From the sequence record MW272540.1: a stretch of 64,000 nucleotides of DNA. The stretch is one strand, 5' to 3'. This document shows positions 31,552-41,900 of this stretch, in pieces; the first letter of the stretch is position 1, and every line of letters starts with the position of its first letter. The position numbers and the translations under genes are program-made. The notes beneath the pieces were generated by a model. The model was not told where the DNA came from. It was given only the letters and a program-made list of their open reading frames with translations, and did no database searches.

Positions 31552-32910
31552 TTAGGTTGTTGTATATACGTCTTTAATACCCCAGACTCGCCACATACGA
31601 CAGTTTTCACCAATAGTCTGAAAGAACCTACCATTACTGGGGTCAAATCTACCTATCCACCAAATAGAATCTGCATGAACAATCCAATACCCATATGTAT
31701 AATAAAACTCTTGAGCATTTGTTATTTGTTGTTTGCTCATTTGATATGAAGTCATTTCTCTGGCATTATCACCAGTGGCTTCAAATATCAAACTATCAAA
31801 ATTCCACCATGGTTGGCTTAACCAAAAACTCCCACTAGGTAATCCACCCTGCGGACTCGCATCAAACAATAGGGTTCTTTCCGAAGATGTGAAATTCACG
31901 CGAGAACCTTTAGCAGTTTTTGTTGCTAGGCTAGAAGTTAAAGAATTATATAGACCATCAACATAATCTTTTCTGGTTGCGGCATCAGCACCCGCTTGTT
32001 GAGAACCAACAAATATAGACGGAGCAGAGATCGGTCCAGTGAATGCACCACCAGTTTTAGGCATGAGTTGCGCGGCACCATGGGCAGTTAATGCATGTGA
32101 AAATAATCCATCAACTGGAACGTTTGACAATGCCACAATCCCGTATTGTTGGGTACTTCCGATAGGGAGGGTCGCCGGACTCAAAGCAACGTCAGATAAC
32201 GCACGTGCGTTTGCTTCTGCTTGCGTAGCCATCCGGGTTGTACCAACTCTGGTGGTGGTTGCGCGAGTTTCTATAAAGCCTTTTGGGCTAACAGCAACCC
32301 CATTATGCAGACCAGCATTGACTACCGGACTCGGTGATATTTTAACTACCCCCGAAGTGGTTTCAGTCGCACCAGCTGGGTTAGTGGTAATTGCGAATGT
32401 ATCAATCATCGCTTTAACTACTGCTGGGGTTGTTGCTGTGGTGCTATCTAAACCAAGAACACCAACAGCAACAGTAGATAGTTTTAAAGTCCCCGATTTG
32501 GTTGTGGACCCCCCAGCTTTATTTCGGATAATATCCCAAATACCGCTAGTGTGAATCCCGATAGACGTACTTGCGTTAGCCTCATTACGTTCAGAACTAT
32601 TAGCAAAACGAACAAGACCTTTGACAGTTTCCGACGCATCTGGACGAACCCATTTAGCTTGTAAAGTTTTGGGGGTAACAATAGCGTCCGGAACAATACC
32701 ATCTAAAACTTCTTGTTCCGTGGCAATACGTAATATTCCCATTTTTGTTTCAGTGGCTTTCATATCCTCATAATTACCAATTGCATGAGGTTGAATTAAA
32801 TTAGCCATTTTCTGGACATTAGTTGTATCAGATGGGAAATTAGTGGTTGATGGGTCCAGCTCCACATCAACCGCTTTTGAACTGATATGCTGTTCGGTAT
32901 TATTTATCAT
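31552..32910 (-). CDS. gp12: Short tail fibre
   Basis: NNT.QHIS, FPS..TNVQ, ATET..G..RIAT repeats; synteny after gp11. Confidence 0.85.
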   Translation of the reverse strand: MINNTEQHISSKAVDVELDPSTTNFPSDTTNVQKMANLIQPHAIGNYEDMKATETKMGILRIATEQEVLDGIVPDAIVTPKTLQAKWVRPDASETVKGLVRFANSSERNEANASTSIGIHTSGIWDIIRNKAGGSTTKSGTLKLSTVAVGVLGLDSTTATTPAVVKAMIDTFAITTNPAGATETTSGVVKISPSPVVNAGLHNGVAVSPKGFIETRATTTRVGTTRMATQAEANARALSDVALSPATLPIGSTQQYGIVALSNVPVDGLFSHALTAHGAAQLMPKTGGAFTGPISAPSIFVGSQQAGADAATRKDYVDGLYNSLTSSLATKTAKGSRVNFTSSERTLLFDASPQGGLPSGSFWLSQPWWNFDSLIFEATGDNAREMTSYQMSKQQITNAQEFYYTYGYWIVHADSIWWIGRFDPSNGRFFQTIGENCRMWRVWGIKDVYTTT

Positions 32911-32913
32911 TTT

Positions 32914-33885
32914 TTAACCTATCTTTTTCCAATAATAAAGAGTAACCATGCTACTATCAGCTAATACCTTATCTTCAGTAAGGAACCGTTCCCAATACCC
33001 ATTACCATAGGAAGCGGGGGAACCAACAACCCACGCCATATTAATTCCATTTTTAGCCCAAGGTTGTGGTGTATGGTCTCTCATATCTTTATATGTGAAA
33101 GAAATTGAATCGACACCGACGGTAGAAAGATCCTTTATATATAGATCTTGGTCTTTGAAAGACTGTAACACAGCATAAACCGCATCTCTGAAAAGAGTCT
33201 CAGAAGTACCATCAGCAACTGTTAATCGTGTTCCAAATATATCAAAGGTAGTCGGAGAACCTACCATATCAGAAGAAACCGCACCACTAAATGTTAGTAA
33301 ATCTGATTGTGGTACACCAGAAGGGTCCCTATTATCTAAATTGATAATAACAGACTGGTTATTCATTCTACCAACATTTGCCGCGTCCATAATGGCATTC
33401 TGGATTGTCGGGAATGGTGTATGTCTAGATGCGTCCTGTAATGTGGCTGAACCGATATTACCGGTCGTTGCAAGACCGTCCAAAGAAGTCTCTTGGATAA
33501 ACTCAAGATCATTAGCTCGGCGAGATCGAATTTTAGAACCTTCTCTAGCTCTTGAAGGGTCAACGCTGGTACGTCCATCGAAAGGGGTTGCCATTGCAAC
33601 CCCAGATGTCACATTAGATAATTCAGCAGAAGTATTTGAATCAACTTCTGTAATTTTAACTCGAAAGTATTTATTAGAATACAACGGGTTAGTTGGTGGC
33701 ATTTTCAATTTATCAGAAGCCGCTGACGGATCTATTACATCTGCCCAAGAAGTACCATTAGAAGAAGAACTCCAAGAGTATTTTAATTCGGCATTTGGTA
33801 GTGAAGTCGTTGCAGCTATTGTAAATGTGTATGGGCTACCAGCATAATATGTTATATTCTGAGGTTGTTGAAAAATAGTAATCAT
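32914..33885 (-). CDS. gp11: Baseplate wedge gp11 with N-terminal Ig-like extension
   Basis: SRRANDLEF...IGS.T...PTIQNAI.D matches the T4 gp11 start but begins about residue 115. Confidence 0.8.
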   Translation of the reverse strand: MITIFQQPQNITYYAGSPYTFTIAATTSLPNAELKYSWSSSSNGTSWADVIDPSAASDKLKMPPTNPLYSNKYFRVKITEVDSNTSAELSNVTSGVAMATPFDGRTSVDPSRAREGSKIRSRRANDLEFIQETSLDGLATTGNIGSATLQDASRHTPFPTIQNAIMDAANVGRMNNQSVIINLDNRDPSGVPQSDLLTFSGAVSSDMVGSPTTFDIFGTRLTVADGTSETLFRDAVYAVLQSFKDQDLYIKDLSTVGVDSISFTYKDMRDHTPQPWAKNGINMAWVVGSPASYGNGYWERFLTEDKVLADSSMVTLYYWKKIG

Positions 33886-33886
33886 T

Positions 33887-36028
33887 TTATTCCACTCTTA
33901 GCCATCTATGGGCGGTTGCTGTCGGTTGAACAATCCCAATAGGGTTAACTGGGGCATTTGGTCTGGTATATACAAAATCTTCTTTGTATTTTTTGAAGCC
34001 CGGACCTTGTTCGTCAGGGTCATATTGACACCCACCAATTAGAACATCACCATTAGGATCTGCAATAAGTGCCTTTTCGGTACTTGTTGTTCCCGGTGTG
34101 TTTTCTGGTAGGATCACAACCTCATTTTCACCAACAAATCCACCAGAGCTGTGTCTAGGTTGTCCGTTTACATCAAGATCTTGATGGTTCAAACCATATA
34201 TTGGGTCATTTGGGTTTTCACTATTCCAACCAGCAATTGTCATCCCTTCTGCCCAACGAACCCAAGTACCCATTCCCATATAAGTCGCGGGGTTGTTGGG
34301 GTTGTGTGCGTTTTCATAAACAGTCCCAACCGGATGGAAAATATCAAACATCATTTGAATGGTGTTTACGCTAACACCCATTTGATCATTCGGGTCTGCT
34401 TGTACTGTTTTTTGGCTTGGGTTATACGGGTCTGAATATTTGATCTTCCCGCTAATGTTTAGCTGATTGCTTGCGACATATTTACTATCCGTTTCTTGAA
34501 TGATGTCTTCCAGATCCAAGAGTGAACCAATGTCATTGTTAAACCAACGAATTGTAATAATGTCACCATGGTCCAACGGTTCGTTAATTACAAACTCTCT
34601 CATTCTTCCATTAGCATCTTCTACCGGTCCAAAGTCTGCACCAGAGGAAACCCAAACACCACCCTGAACAATACAAGATTCCTCGGTGATCGCGTCTGCA
34701 CCGTCACAAACAAAGAACGGAATATCAGCTGAACCAGCTTTCAAAAGCTGTCTACCGTTAATAAGGATCTCTAAAGTTTTTGGGTTGAACGATTCACTTT
34801 CTTGGAAACCAAACTCACTAATACTAAAGCGATATTTAGCGGCAAGGTCACCAACAAATCTACGCCCTAACTCGGTTTCGTAATCCACCGGAGCTAATGA
34901 ACTAGAATATACCCGTATTGAACCAGTTTCATAAGAGCTACGGAAGGTAGCAAACCCATCCAAGAATGTTTCTACAACGATAACATCACCTAGTTCGCAA
35001 GGTTTGGTTAGTCTGATGGTATAACCATCTAGCGCAGCAATACTACTCATACCAACGTTTAAAGTAACTTGAGCAGTCCCTTTAAATGCAGCCAAAATAT
35101 CAGGCGTTGCACTATTTGAAACATATTCCTTAGTTATATTATCCAGTTCAAATATATAAGAGCTTCCACCAAAAGCAACTGTCATATACTGAACATTCAA
35201 TGGGACTTTATCCAAATCGAATTTAATATAGGACAATCCGGTACTTTCTCTCGAATAAAACCTGATAATATCGGTATTTTCCACTTTTCCAACGATGGAA
35301 CCACCAGTGTTTTTAATGAATCCGTAAGACATACCACCCAAAGAAGCTGGGGTAACCTTAATTTGGACTGGAGGAGCAACACTAGCAGAAACAACAGAAC
35401 CGTAATTCGATTCGGAACTTAATTTGCTACCATAATACAGAATGTTGCCGCGCTTATATACGTTGATTGCTTGTGTGTTATAACCAGACGGGAAAATATC
35501 TACAAAATCGGTCTGACCTTCAGTTGCAATAAATTCCCTCTTAATAACACTAGACATATCACCAGATTTGATTTCACCAACATACTTACTAGCAACATAA
35601 TCCCAGTTCCCCGGAGAGCAATAAACTAATTCAACGTCCATATTGTTTCTGTCAAGACGATGAACACCCGGAGACCCTTTTATTGTGTTGGTCCCGCTTG
35701 GGATCAGAGTAACTGGGTTAGCTCCCCAAGTTCCAATAACATCCCGAAGACGAATCACCTTTCCATAATCCGATGGTGAACCAAGAGGGAGATTAACGGT
35801 TATCTTCCCGGTTGTGGTGTTAATGACCCACGCTTGACCCATAATACAAACTAAATTATGTGTATGGTCAGAATAAGGTTTCCATGCACCGGCAGCATGG
35901 GGGATATTACCATCCCCAAGGTTGTAATAAAGTTCGTCAAAGTTGTCGTTTATCTTCGAACCACCTTTGCGAAGGTAATCACCGGTTCCGTCATCAACAC
36001 GATTACCAATTATAATTTTCTGTTTCAT
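33887..36028 (-). CDS. gp10: Baseplate wedge/tail pin gp10
   Basis: MKQKIIIGNRVDDGTGDYLRKGG, ELVYCSPG, HPVGTVYENAHNPNNPATYMG. Confidence 0.93.
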   Translation of the reverse strand: MKQKIIIGNRVDDGTGDYLRKGGSKINDNFDELYYNLGDGNIPHAAGAWKPYSDHTHNLVCIMGQAWVINTTTGKITVNLPLGSPSDYGKVIRLRDVIGTWGANPVTLIPSGTNTIKGSPGVHRLDRNNMDVELVYCSPGNWDYVASKYVGEIKSGDMSSVIKREFIATEGQTDFVDIFPSGYNTQAINVYKRGNILYYGSKLSSESNYGSVVSASVAPPVQIKVTPASLGGMSYGFIKNTGGSIVGKVENTDIIRFYSRESTGLSYIKFDLDKVPLNVQYMTVAFGGSSYIFELDNITKEYVSNSATPDILAAFKGTAQVTLNVGMSSIAALDGYTIRLTKPCELGDVIVVETFLDGFATFRSSYETGSIRVYSSSLAPVDYETELGRRFVGDLAAKYRFSISEFGFQESESFNPKTLEILINGRQLLKAGSADIPFFVCDGADAITEESCIVQGGVWVSSGADFGPVEDANGRMREFVINEPLDHGDIITIRWFNNDIGSLLDLEDIIQETDSKYVASNQLNISGKIKYSDPYNPSQKTVQADPNDQMGVSVNTIQMMFDIFHPVGTVYENAHNPNNPATYMGMGTWVRWAEGMTIAGWNSENPNDPIYGLNHQDLDVNGQPRHSSGGFVGENEVVILPENTPGTTSTEKALIADPNGDVLIGGCQYDPDEQGPGFKKYKEDFVYTRPNAPVNPIGIVQPTATAHRWLRVE

Positions 36029-36029
36029 T

Positions 36030-36956
36030 TTATGCCCCGATTGATTCGATAGACTTAATAAATACGTCGATAATAGCCGTACTTATGTTTGTAATTGTAA
36101 GAACCACCGTACTACCAATTATCGAATATTTGGCATCAAATAAGAGGTTGTCTTCTGGTTGTAATGGTTCTTTCGTCCGGATCCTAGCGTATTCGGTAGA
36201 ATAAACATTTAGGTCGGCAGTGCTACTATTATTTACCATCAGTAAAGTTTCGCAAGATTCTTGCATAGCAGCTGCACCCCGTTGAGTGACAAACATCATA
36301 TGTTTAACCGCGTTATATTGGGTTTTATTAAACAATACTAGGTTACGTTCTGCACCCGGAGCAATACCGGACATAGTTGCAGAATATGAAGTTGCGTTAT
36401 CTCCATATAGGGATTCGATCCGATAATTCCATTTCGAGCCAGCTGAACTAGCCTCAGTAACCCAAAATGTTATTCTGAAATATGGCTTATTCAAAACGAT
36501 GCGGTTTCCAAGGGTTCCGATACTATCACCGCTACCACTGGTTCTGATGATCACTTCTTTACCTGTACCGTATCCAACCGACCCATCACTATTGATAAGT
36601 TCGATACATTCCCCGGCGTGATTACTACCAACTGGTAATGTAATCGTTAGGTCACCAGCACCGTCACGAAGAACAGATACATCATGCATAGAACCATATT
36701 CAACCGGGTTCCCCGATGGTTGTTCTGCACCAGCATAGTAAGCCCTTGTATGCTTTTGGTAGTACCCAGTTGCGTGAAGGGTTTGTACCCTATTACCAAG
36801 TCCGGAAGTTTTACCAATACGATAATCCCCGAATACGTTATAGATACTGTTAAGATCTTGGTTTATCTTAACGCCGCCATCGTGTAGAGTGTCCCCGGTC
36901 CCTTCTTGCCCGCGAACGCCTGTATCGATTAGCTCTTTTGGCTTTTGTACTGACAT
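36030..36956 (-). CDS. gp9: Baseplate wedge tail-fibre connector
   Basis: PKELID.G...GDTLHDGG.KIN, LHATGYYQK. Confidence 0.92.
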   Translation of the reverse strand: MSVQKPKELIDTGVRGQEGTGDTLHDGGVKINQDLNSIYNVFGDYRIGKTSGLGNRVQTLHATGYYQKHTRAYYAGAEQPSGNPVEYGSMHDVSVLRDGAGDLTITLPVGSNHAGECIELINSDGSVGYGTGKEVIIRTSGSGDSIGTLGNRIVLNKPYFRITFWVTEASSAGSKWNYRIESLYGDNATSYSATMSGIAPGAERNLVLFNKTQYNAVKHMMFVTQRGAAAMQESCETLLMVNNSSTADLNVYSTEYARIRTKEPLQPEDNLLFDAKYSIIGSTVVLTITNISTAIIDVFIKSIESIGA

Positions 36957-37017
36957 TGTTATAGATCCTTTTGTTTATAGATTACTTCAGTATTTAGGGA
37001 TTTTTTTAAAAAAGGTA

Positions 37018-37045
37018 TTGCATTGCGGATTCGTTGTGTTATGAT
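37018..37045 (+). promoter_or_regulatory. Sigma70/extended -10 promoter for inserted cassette
   Basis: TTGCAT-N16-TATGAT with TG. Confidence 0.6.
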
Positions 37046-37084
37046 GACCTTGTTGAAACGAAACACCTCTTAATCAAAAAGGAA

Positions 37085-37306
37085 ATGACTATGACTAACG
37101 TACAAATGTTCTTCGGTTCCCGCGCTACTGCTCGTCAAGCCTCCTTCGGTAAAATGACCGACAACGGTCAAGGTTCCGAAAAACGCTGGGCTCGCACGGT
37201 TTCCGTAAATACTAAAGAAGCAACCCAAACCACAATGACACGCAAAGGCCGTCGTGGTGAACAAGTCGCTACCACGGTGGTAGTGAAAAAGGCAAAGAAA
37301 TGGTAA
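37085..37306 (+). CDS. Small basic hypothetical protein
   Basis: AAGGA SD; FGSRATAR..GKMTD.G...RWA. Confidence 0.65.
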   Translation: MTMTNVQMFFGSRATARQASFGKMTDNGQGSEKRWARTVSVNTKEATQTTMTRKGRRGEQVATTVVVKKAKKW

Positions 37307-37310
37307 AACA

Positions 37311-37961
37311 ATGAAAAAGATAGTAAGTGTATGTCTTTTATCGCTATCATTGTTCACAATGACCCCAGCCATCGGAGCATCTTTTGATTGTTCGTTGGCT
37401 GGTACAAAAATTGAGCATATGATTTGTGAAAACGACAATATCAATAAATTAGATGAAGAATTAAACGTTCTTTATAAAAACGCGAGATCAAATCCATCGG
37501 TTGTTTCAGAACAAAAAGAATGGATTAAGATGAGAAATGGTGTCAGTACACCAAGAGAATTGGAAAACATGTATTTGTCAAGAGTTCAAGAACTTAGTTC
37601 GAGGGCTGTGGGAAATACAAAATTCGAAATAGTAAAGCAAAATCGAATCGTTGAGAAAAAGAAGAAAACATTAGAAGAACTGATTGTGTTCATACTTAAA
37701 AACGATGTATACCCACTCGATGGGAAATATTACAGCGTGAAAGAAAGAGCCGATACGGGGGACGATTCTTTAAATGCTTGCTTACAGGATGGGACTTTAA
37801 TGTCAATTACGTTAATTCGTGATAAAATGGTAGATCTTGGTATATATAACAAATACTGGGACCAAGTAAAAACAAAATTATACATCGGTATGTATAACTC
37901 ATCTGTAGAAAGTATAAAAACAGACGAAAAACAAAGAACTCTTTGCAAATTGCAATATTAA
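37311..37961 (+). CDS. Secreted LprI/DUF1311-type lysozyme-inhibitor-like protein
   Basis: Sec signal peptide, then ASFDC..A.T.IE.MIC....LD..L..LY...EQK.WIK.RN. Confidence 0.7.
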   Translation: MKKIVSVCLLSLSLFTMTPAIGASFDCSLAGTKIEHMICENDNINKLDEELNVLYKNARSNPSVVSEQKEWIKMRNGVSTPRELENMYLSRVQELSSRAVGNTKFEIVKQNRIVEKKKKTLEELIVFILKNDVYPLDGKYYSVKERADTGDDSLNACLQDGTLMSITLIRDKMVDLGIYNKYWDQVKTKLYIGMYNSSVESIKTDEKQRTLCKLQY

Positions 37962-37992
37962 AAAAGCCCACTCATAAAAGAGTGGGCTTTTT
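37960..37992. terminator. Bidirectional terminator
   Basis: AAAAAGCCCACTC-ataaaa-GAGTGGGCTTTTT. Confidence 0.85.
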
Positions 37993-37993
37993 G

Positions 37994-38977
37994 TTAGAAT
38001 TGAAAAACTACGTTGAATTCTTCAGTCTGATCCCTAGACCTAATAACGGGTTGGCGGTTATCCATATAGATAATGTTCCCACTATGTCGTTCTAATTGGT
38101 CTGGTGTATAAGTTAACTCAGTCGCTTTGACATCCGGGTCACTAGGTTCTGCCTTCACCAACAGTGGGTTGCAAACTAGCCCCATTTGTCTAAACCCAGT
38201 ATTACCAATTTTACTTGACGCTGGGAAACTGTAACTGTCAAAATAAGCACGAAACCTAAGAGTATCACACTTTATCCGGTTCAGCAAATTATAATCATTT
38301 GGATACCAAGACAACACGTTTTGATATCCCCAGACAGAAGGGTTATCTTTAAGATCGTCTGGTGTTGGAACTACAATATATTCGTTAGAACAATCGTTAA
38401 TTGCAACGTCACTTGGGATAGTATACAGGTATTCCCAAATATAACCATCCTTCATATCAACCCCGTCAGATTTACCAATCGGGAGGATACTTTTAATGGA
38501 TGGGGTCCATTGTTCCCCAATTTTCAAACACTCTTCTTTGGTGATCACTGACTCAATAGAGCAGAGACCATCGCTTGGTACATCTACGCATCGATAAACG
38601 ATCCACCCAGAGCCGATTTCACTCCGGTTATAAGGTGCGGTATTCGTGACAACAATATCCCCAACATGAAACGTCTGTGGATTTGTATATCTCTGATCAC
38701 CCCAGTCCCTACGAGGAACAACCGGGCGGATCATCTCTTTCTGGATCTTCACTGCCCCCAACATTCTAGCCCACACATCAGAAAATCCCTCGGTTGTATC
38801 ATCTGGATATGGCGGCGCAAATTTCGGGTCTGACTCGTTGTCTGCCCAAGCATCTTTTCTTCCAAAATAGGCATAAAGCGTATTTTTTGAAACATCATCA
38901 CCAATTGCATTATAAAAGTTTAAAAGGTTAGCGACCCGAAAGTCGCTGGTAACCTTAGCTCTGTAAATTACTGACAT
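37994..38977 (-). CDS. gp8: Baseplate wedge subunit
   Basis: IYRAKVTSDFR, VVPRRDWGD, GYIWEYLYTIP, SGNIIYMDNRQP. Confidence 0.95.
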   Translation of the reverse strand: MSVIYRAKVTSDFRVANLLNFYNAIGDDVSKNTLYAYFGRKDAWADNESDPKFAPPYPDDTTEGFSDVWARMLGAVKIQKEMIRPVVPRRDWGDQRYTNPQTFHVGDIVVTNTAPYNRSEIGSGWIVYRCVDVPSDGLCSIESVITKEECLKIGEQWTPSIKSILPIGKSDGVDMKDGYIWEYLYTIPSDVAINDCSNEYIVVPTPDDLKDNPSVWGYQNVLSWYPNDYNLLNRIKCDTLRFRAYFDSYSFPASSKIGNTGFRQMGLVCNPLLVKAEPSDPDVKATELTYTPDQLERHSGNIIYMDNRQPVIRSRDQTEEFNVVFQF

Positions 38978-41900
38978 TATTTATTCACCTTAACCTGTGA
39001 TGGACTTACAGGGACAACCAAATTACTGACGTCTCTTGGTAATCCAATATCGTCCTTTAATCTTCTTTCTGATAGTCTCTTGAGATCTGAGAATCTACTA
39101 CTGAACGCACTAAACAATGGACTACCGTCTAATCGTCTCTCAGACGGTGTATAAACAACTCCGCCTATCACCCAATCCGATTCATCGGTATCATAGTTTC
39201 TAGCCTCAAAAACGCTTCCAGTGGACTCGTTGATTGCATTATTCCATGCAGATACATCGAATGGTGTTTGTACCAATTCTTCTTCCATCAATTGACCGGT
39301 AACCGGGTCAAATAGTGGACTAGGATCTAAGAAAGAACCATTAGGATCCTGTATTGTTTTATATTTAGGTGTAAGACTTGGTAAACCAGAATCCCATCTA
39401 AACGATTTGTTAATATCTACCACGGTTTCATTATGAGCCATAGAGATACCACCATTCACAAATACAGTAAGAAGAGTTATACCAATAAATCCAAAACCCA
39501 CCGGGTGGACAAATCGGATCACATCCTCTTTATATCTAGCGGTGTTTAATTCCGACCGGATCCGCATCATGTAATAAGAGCGGTTTCTATTGATATAATC
39601 GATATCCGAATAAGCAAGCTCTTTACCTCGAACACCACGAGTTATTTCACCAGTGAATGAACTAGACTCCGATTTTATTTCTTGTCCCGTTTCGAATTTA
39701 CCAATTAGGTTGTGAATTGTTATTTTCCATCTTAATTGACCATCAACGAATTGACGTTCTATATAAGTAACATTTGCTCTACCAGTTTCGGTGAATATGG
39801 TTCTACCAACTAAGTCCGTACTTATATTTGAAGATTTTACCATAATGTCATAATCAATACCAACTTGTGATTCGATTTCAACATCTACATCAGCGTTATA
39901 AAGCAATTTGAACAGGAATTTATAACTGTCTATTGTTCCTTTAGAACTATAAAAGTTGTTCGCATTGGCTTCAAAAAACTTAACCACCGCATCACGCTTG
40001 TCCTGATCAAGATATATATTTCTTCTTCTCATTTCAGACCAGAGATAAACGAAAGAATCTTTCTCTCTTGGGTATTTCAACTTAATGAAGTTGAGAAGTT
40101 TTCCATACATCGAATCTGTACCATCTGATAGGAACTGAAAATAATATTCAATGAATTTCGAAAAGTTCGAGTCGTTGAAGTAGTATTCCGGACCCATCAC
40201 TTGCAACATTGGCGATATATCTGGGTCAACAAGTCCCTCGGTCTGTGTTGTGTCTACCACTACGTCACGTTCCTGATTAACAAGTTGAGCTTGCATAGCA
40301 ACGTGTTCTGGTCTCCAAATTATAGATGCCTCATCACGAACACGATATGGGAACTCATAATATCCAAATATTTCTCCACCAAGACTATTTTCGCGGTTAT
40401 ATAGACTATGGATCAATATACCATTGCAATATTTGCTGAAGTTTTGGAAATTTATATTATCCAGATAGAAAGTGACTGTACCTTTATCCCAAACTTCTTT
40501 GTTAATATTTCTTTCAGTATCGATTGTATACTGATATTTTGTGGATGGTGTAATAAGAACTATCCGGTTTTCATGGTTTTTCCAAATCCTTTCACCAGTC
40601 ATAGCCATGTAATCAAATCCAGCTTCATTATAATAATTGGCAGGTTTTAATTTAAATTCGCTACCATCTTCGGTTTCCCATTGATATAGGTAAACTTTCT
40701 TATCACTCAAATACCCGAATTCAGAACTATATTTAACAGCGGAATCAACTTCGTCCGGATATTTCAATGGGAGGTCTGTATCAACAACAGTATCAGAATA
40801 TCTATATGTCGCACCAGAAACAAACAGTTTAGTTCCATCTGTACTCATATCAGAATATAGGTGTTCGATGTTATACCTTTCTTCTTCTGTGTTCCCGAAT
40901 ACACGAACCCAAGAACCACCGTCAGGGACTGAAGGTTTCACTATTTGTCCGTTTTCTTCGTACAAGTCAAATACCGCAGGATAAGCGAAATCCGCAACAA
41001 ACCGACCATATTTTACCGGATCGATCACTTTATTAGTGATGTCGGAATATATATCAGCAATGAATTGGAACGAATCATGATTTTCAGGAGATACAAAATT
41101 AACTTCCATCAATACACCGTGGGTTCTACCACGAAATACCCTCGATTCCCATCTGGTGGATACTTGACCAACATGAGACCCATTGGGAAGGAATGTGACC
41201 ATTTCTCTTGAAACGTCGATACCATTAACGTAATTTGAACCATCCGGATCTGTATAATTCAGATCACCAAGAACAAAATCTTCCTTCTTATATATCTCGT
41301 CAAAACGATATACACCAGAATAGCTAGATTTTTTAACTTGATGTGGGTCCCGCTTATCACCACCCGGTTCTATTTCACCACTAACCAAGGCATAGCATAC
41401 GTCATTAAGGGAATCCAATTTTTTAACAACAACATTTGGGTTATCACATATTTGATATGAAACAGGATCCCAAATAATTTTTCCGTTGCTATCTACAGGA
41501 CCACCACTAAGCATAATACGACGACAAACACCGTCAGCCGCAGCATACAACCAACGACTAGAAACGGTCTGAGCTTCAACCTTACGGCGAATGTCATCAG
41601 GATATAAAGCAAAAGTACCAAAGAACATTGTAGGGAATGGGATGGTCATATCAGTATCCATCTTAACGAATGTTAATTGATCATCGGACCAATAATATTG
41701 GTCTGAACTAAATCTGACATCGTTAACATTACGACCATAAAAAGCATAGTCATAACCAAGAAGGAATGATGTATTACTGTTCTGGCTCATAACTGTATTA
41801 CCAGCCGGATATCCAATCCGGTCAGTTACTGCTTGGTAATAATACCAGTTCTGACCACCATCATTTGTAACTTTACAATAGTTCTGATATTTCTCGAAAG

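Noticed and set aside
28509-33847. Ser/Thr/Val-rich plus-strand ORFs over wac, gp12 and gp11
   Set aside because: Antisense shadows of fibre genes.
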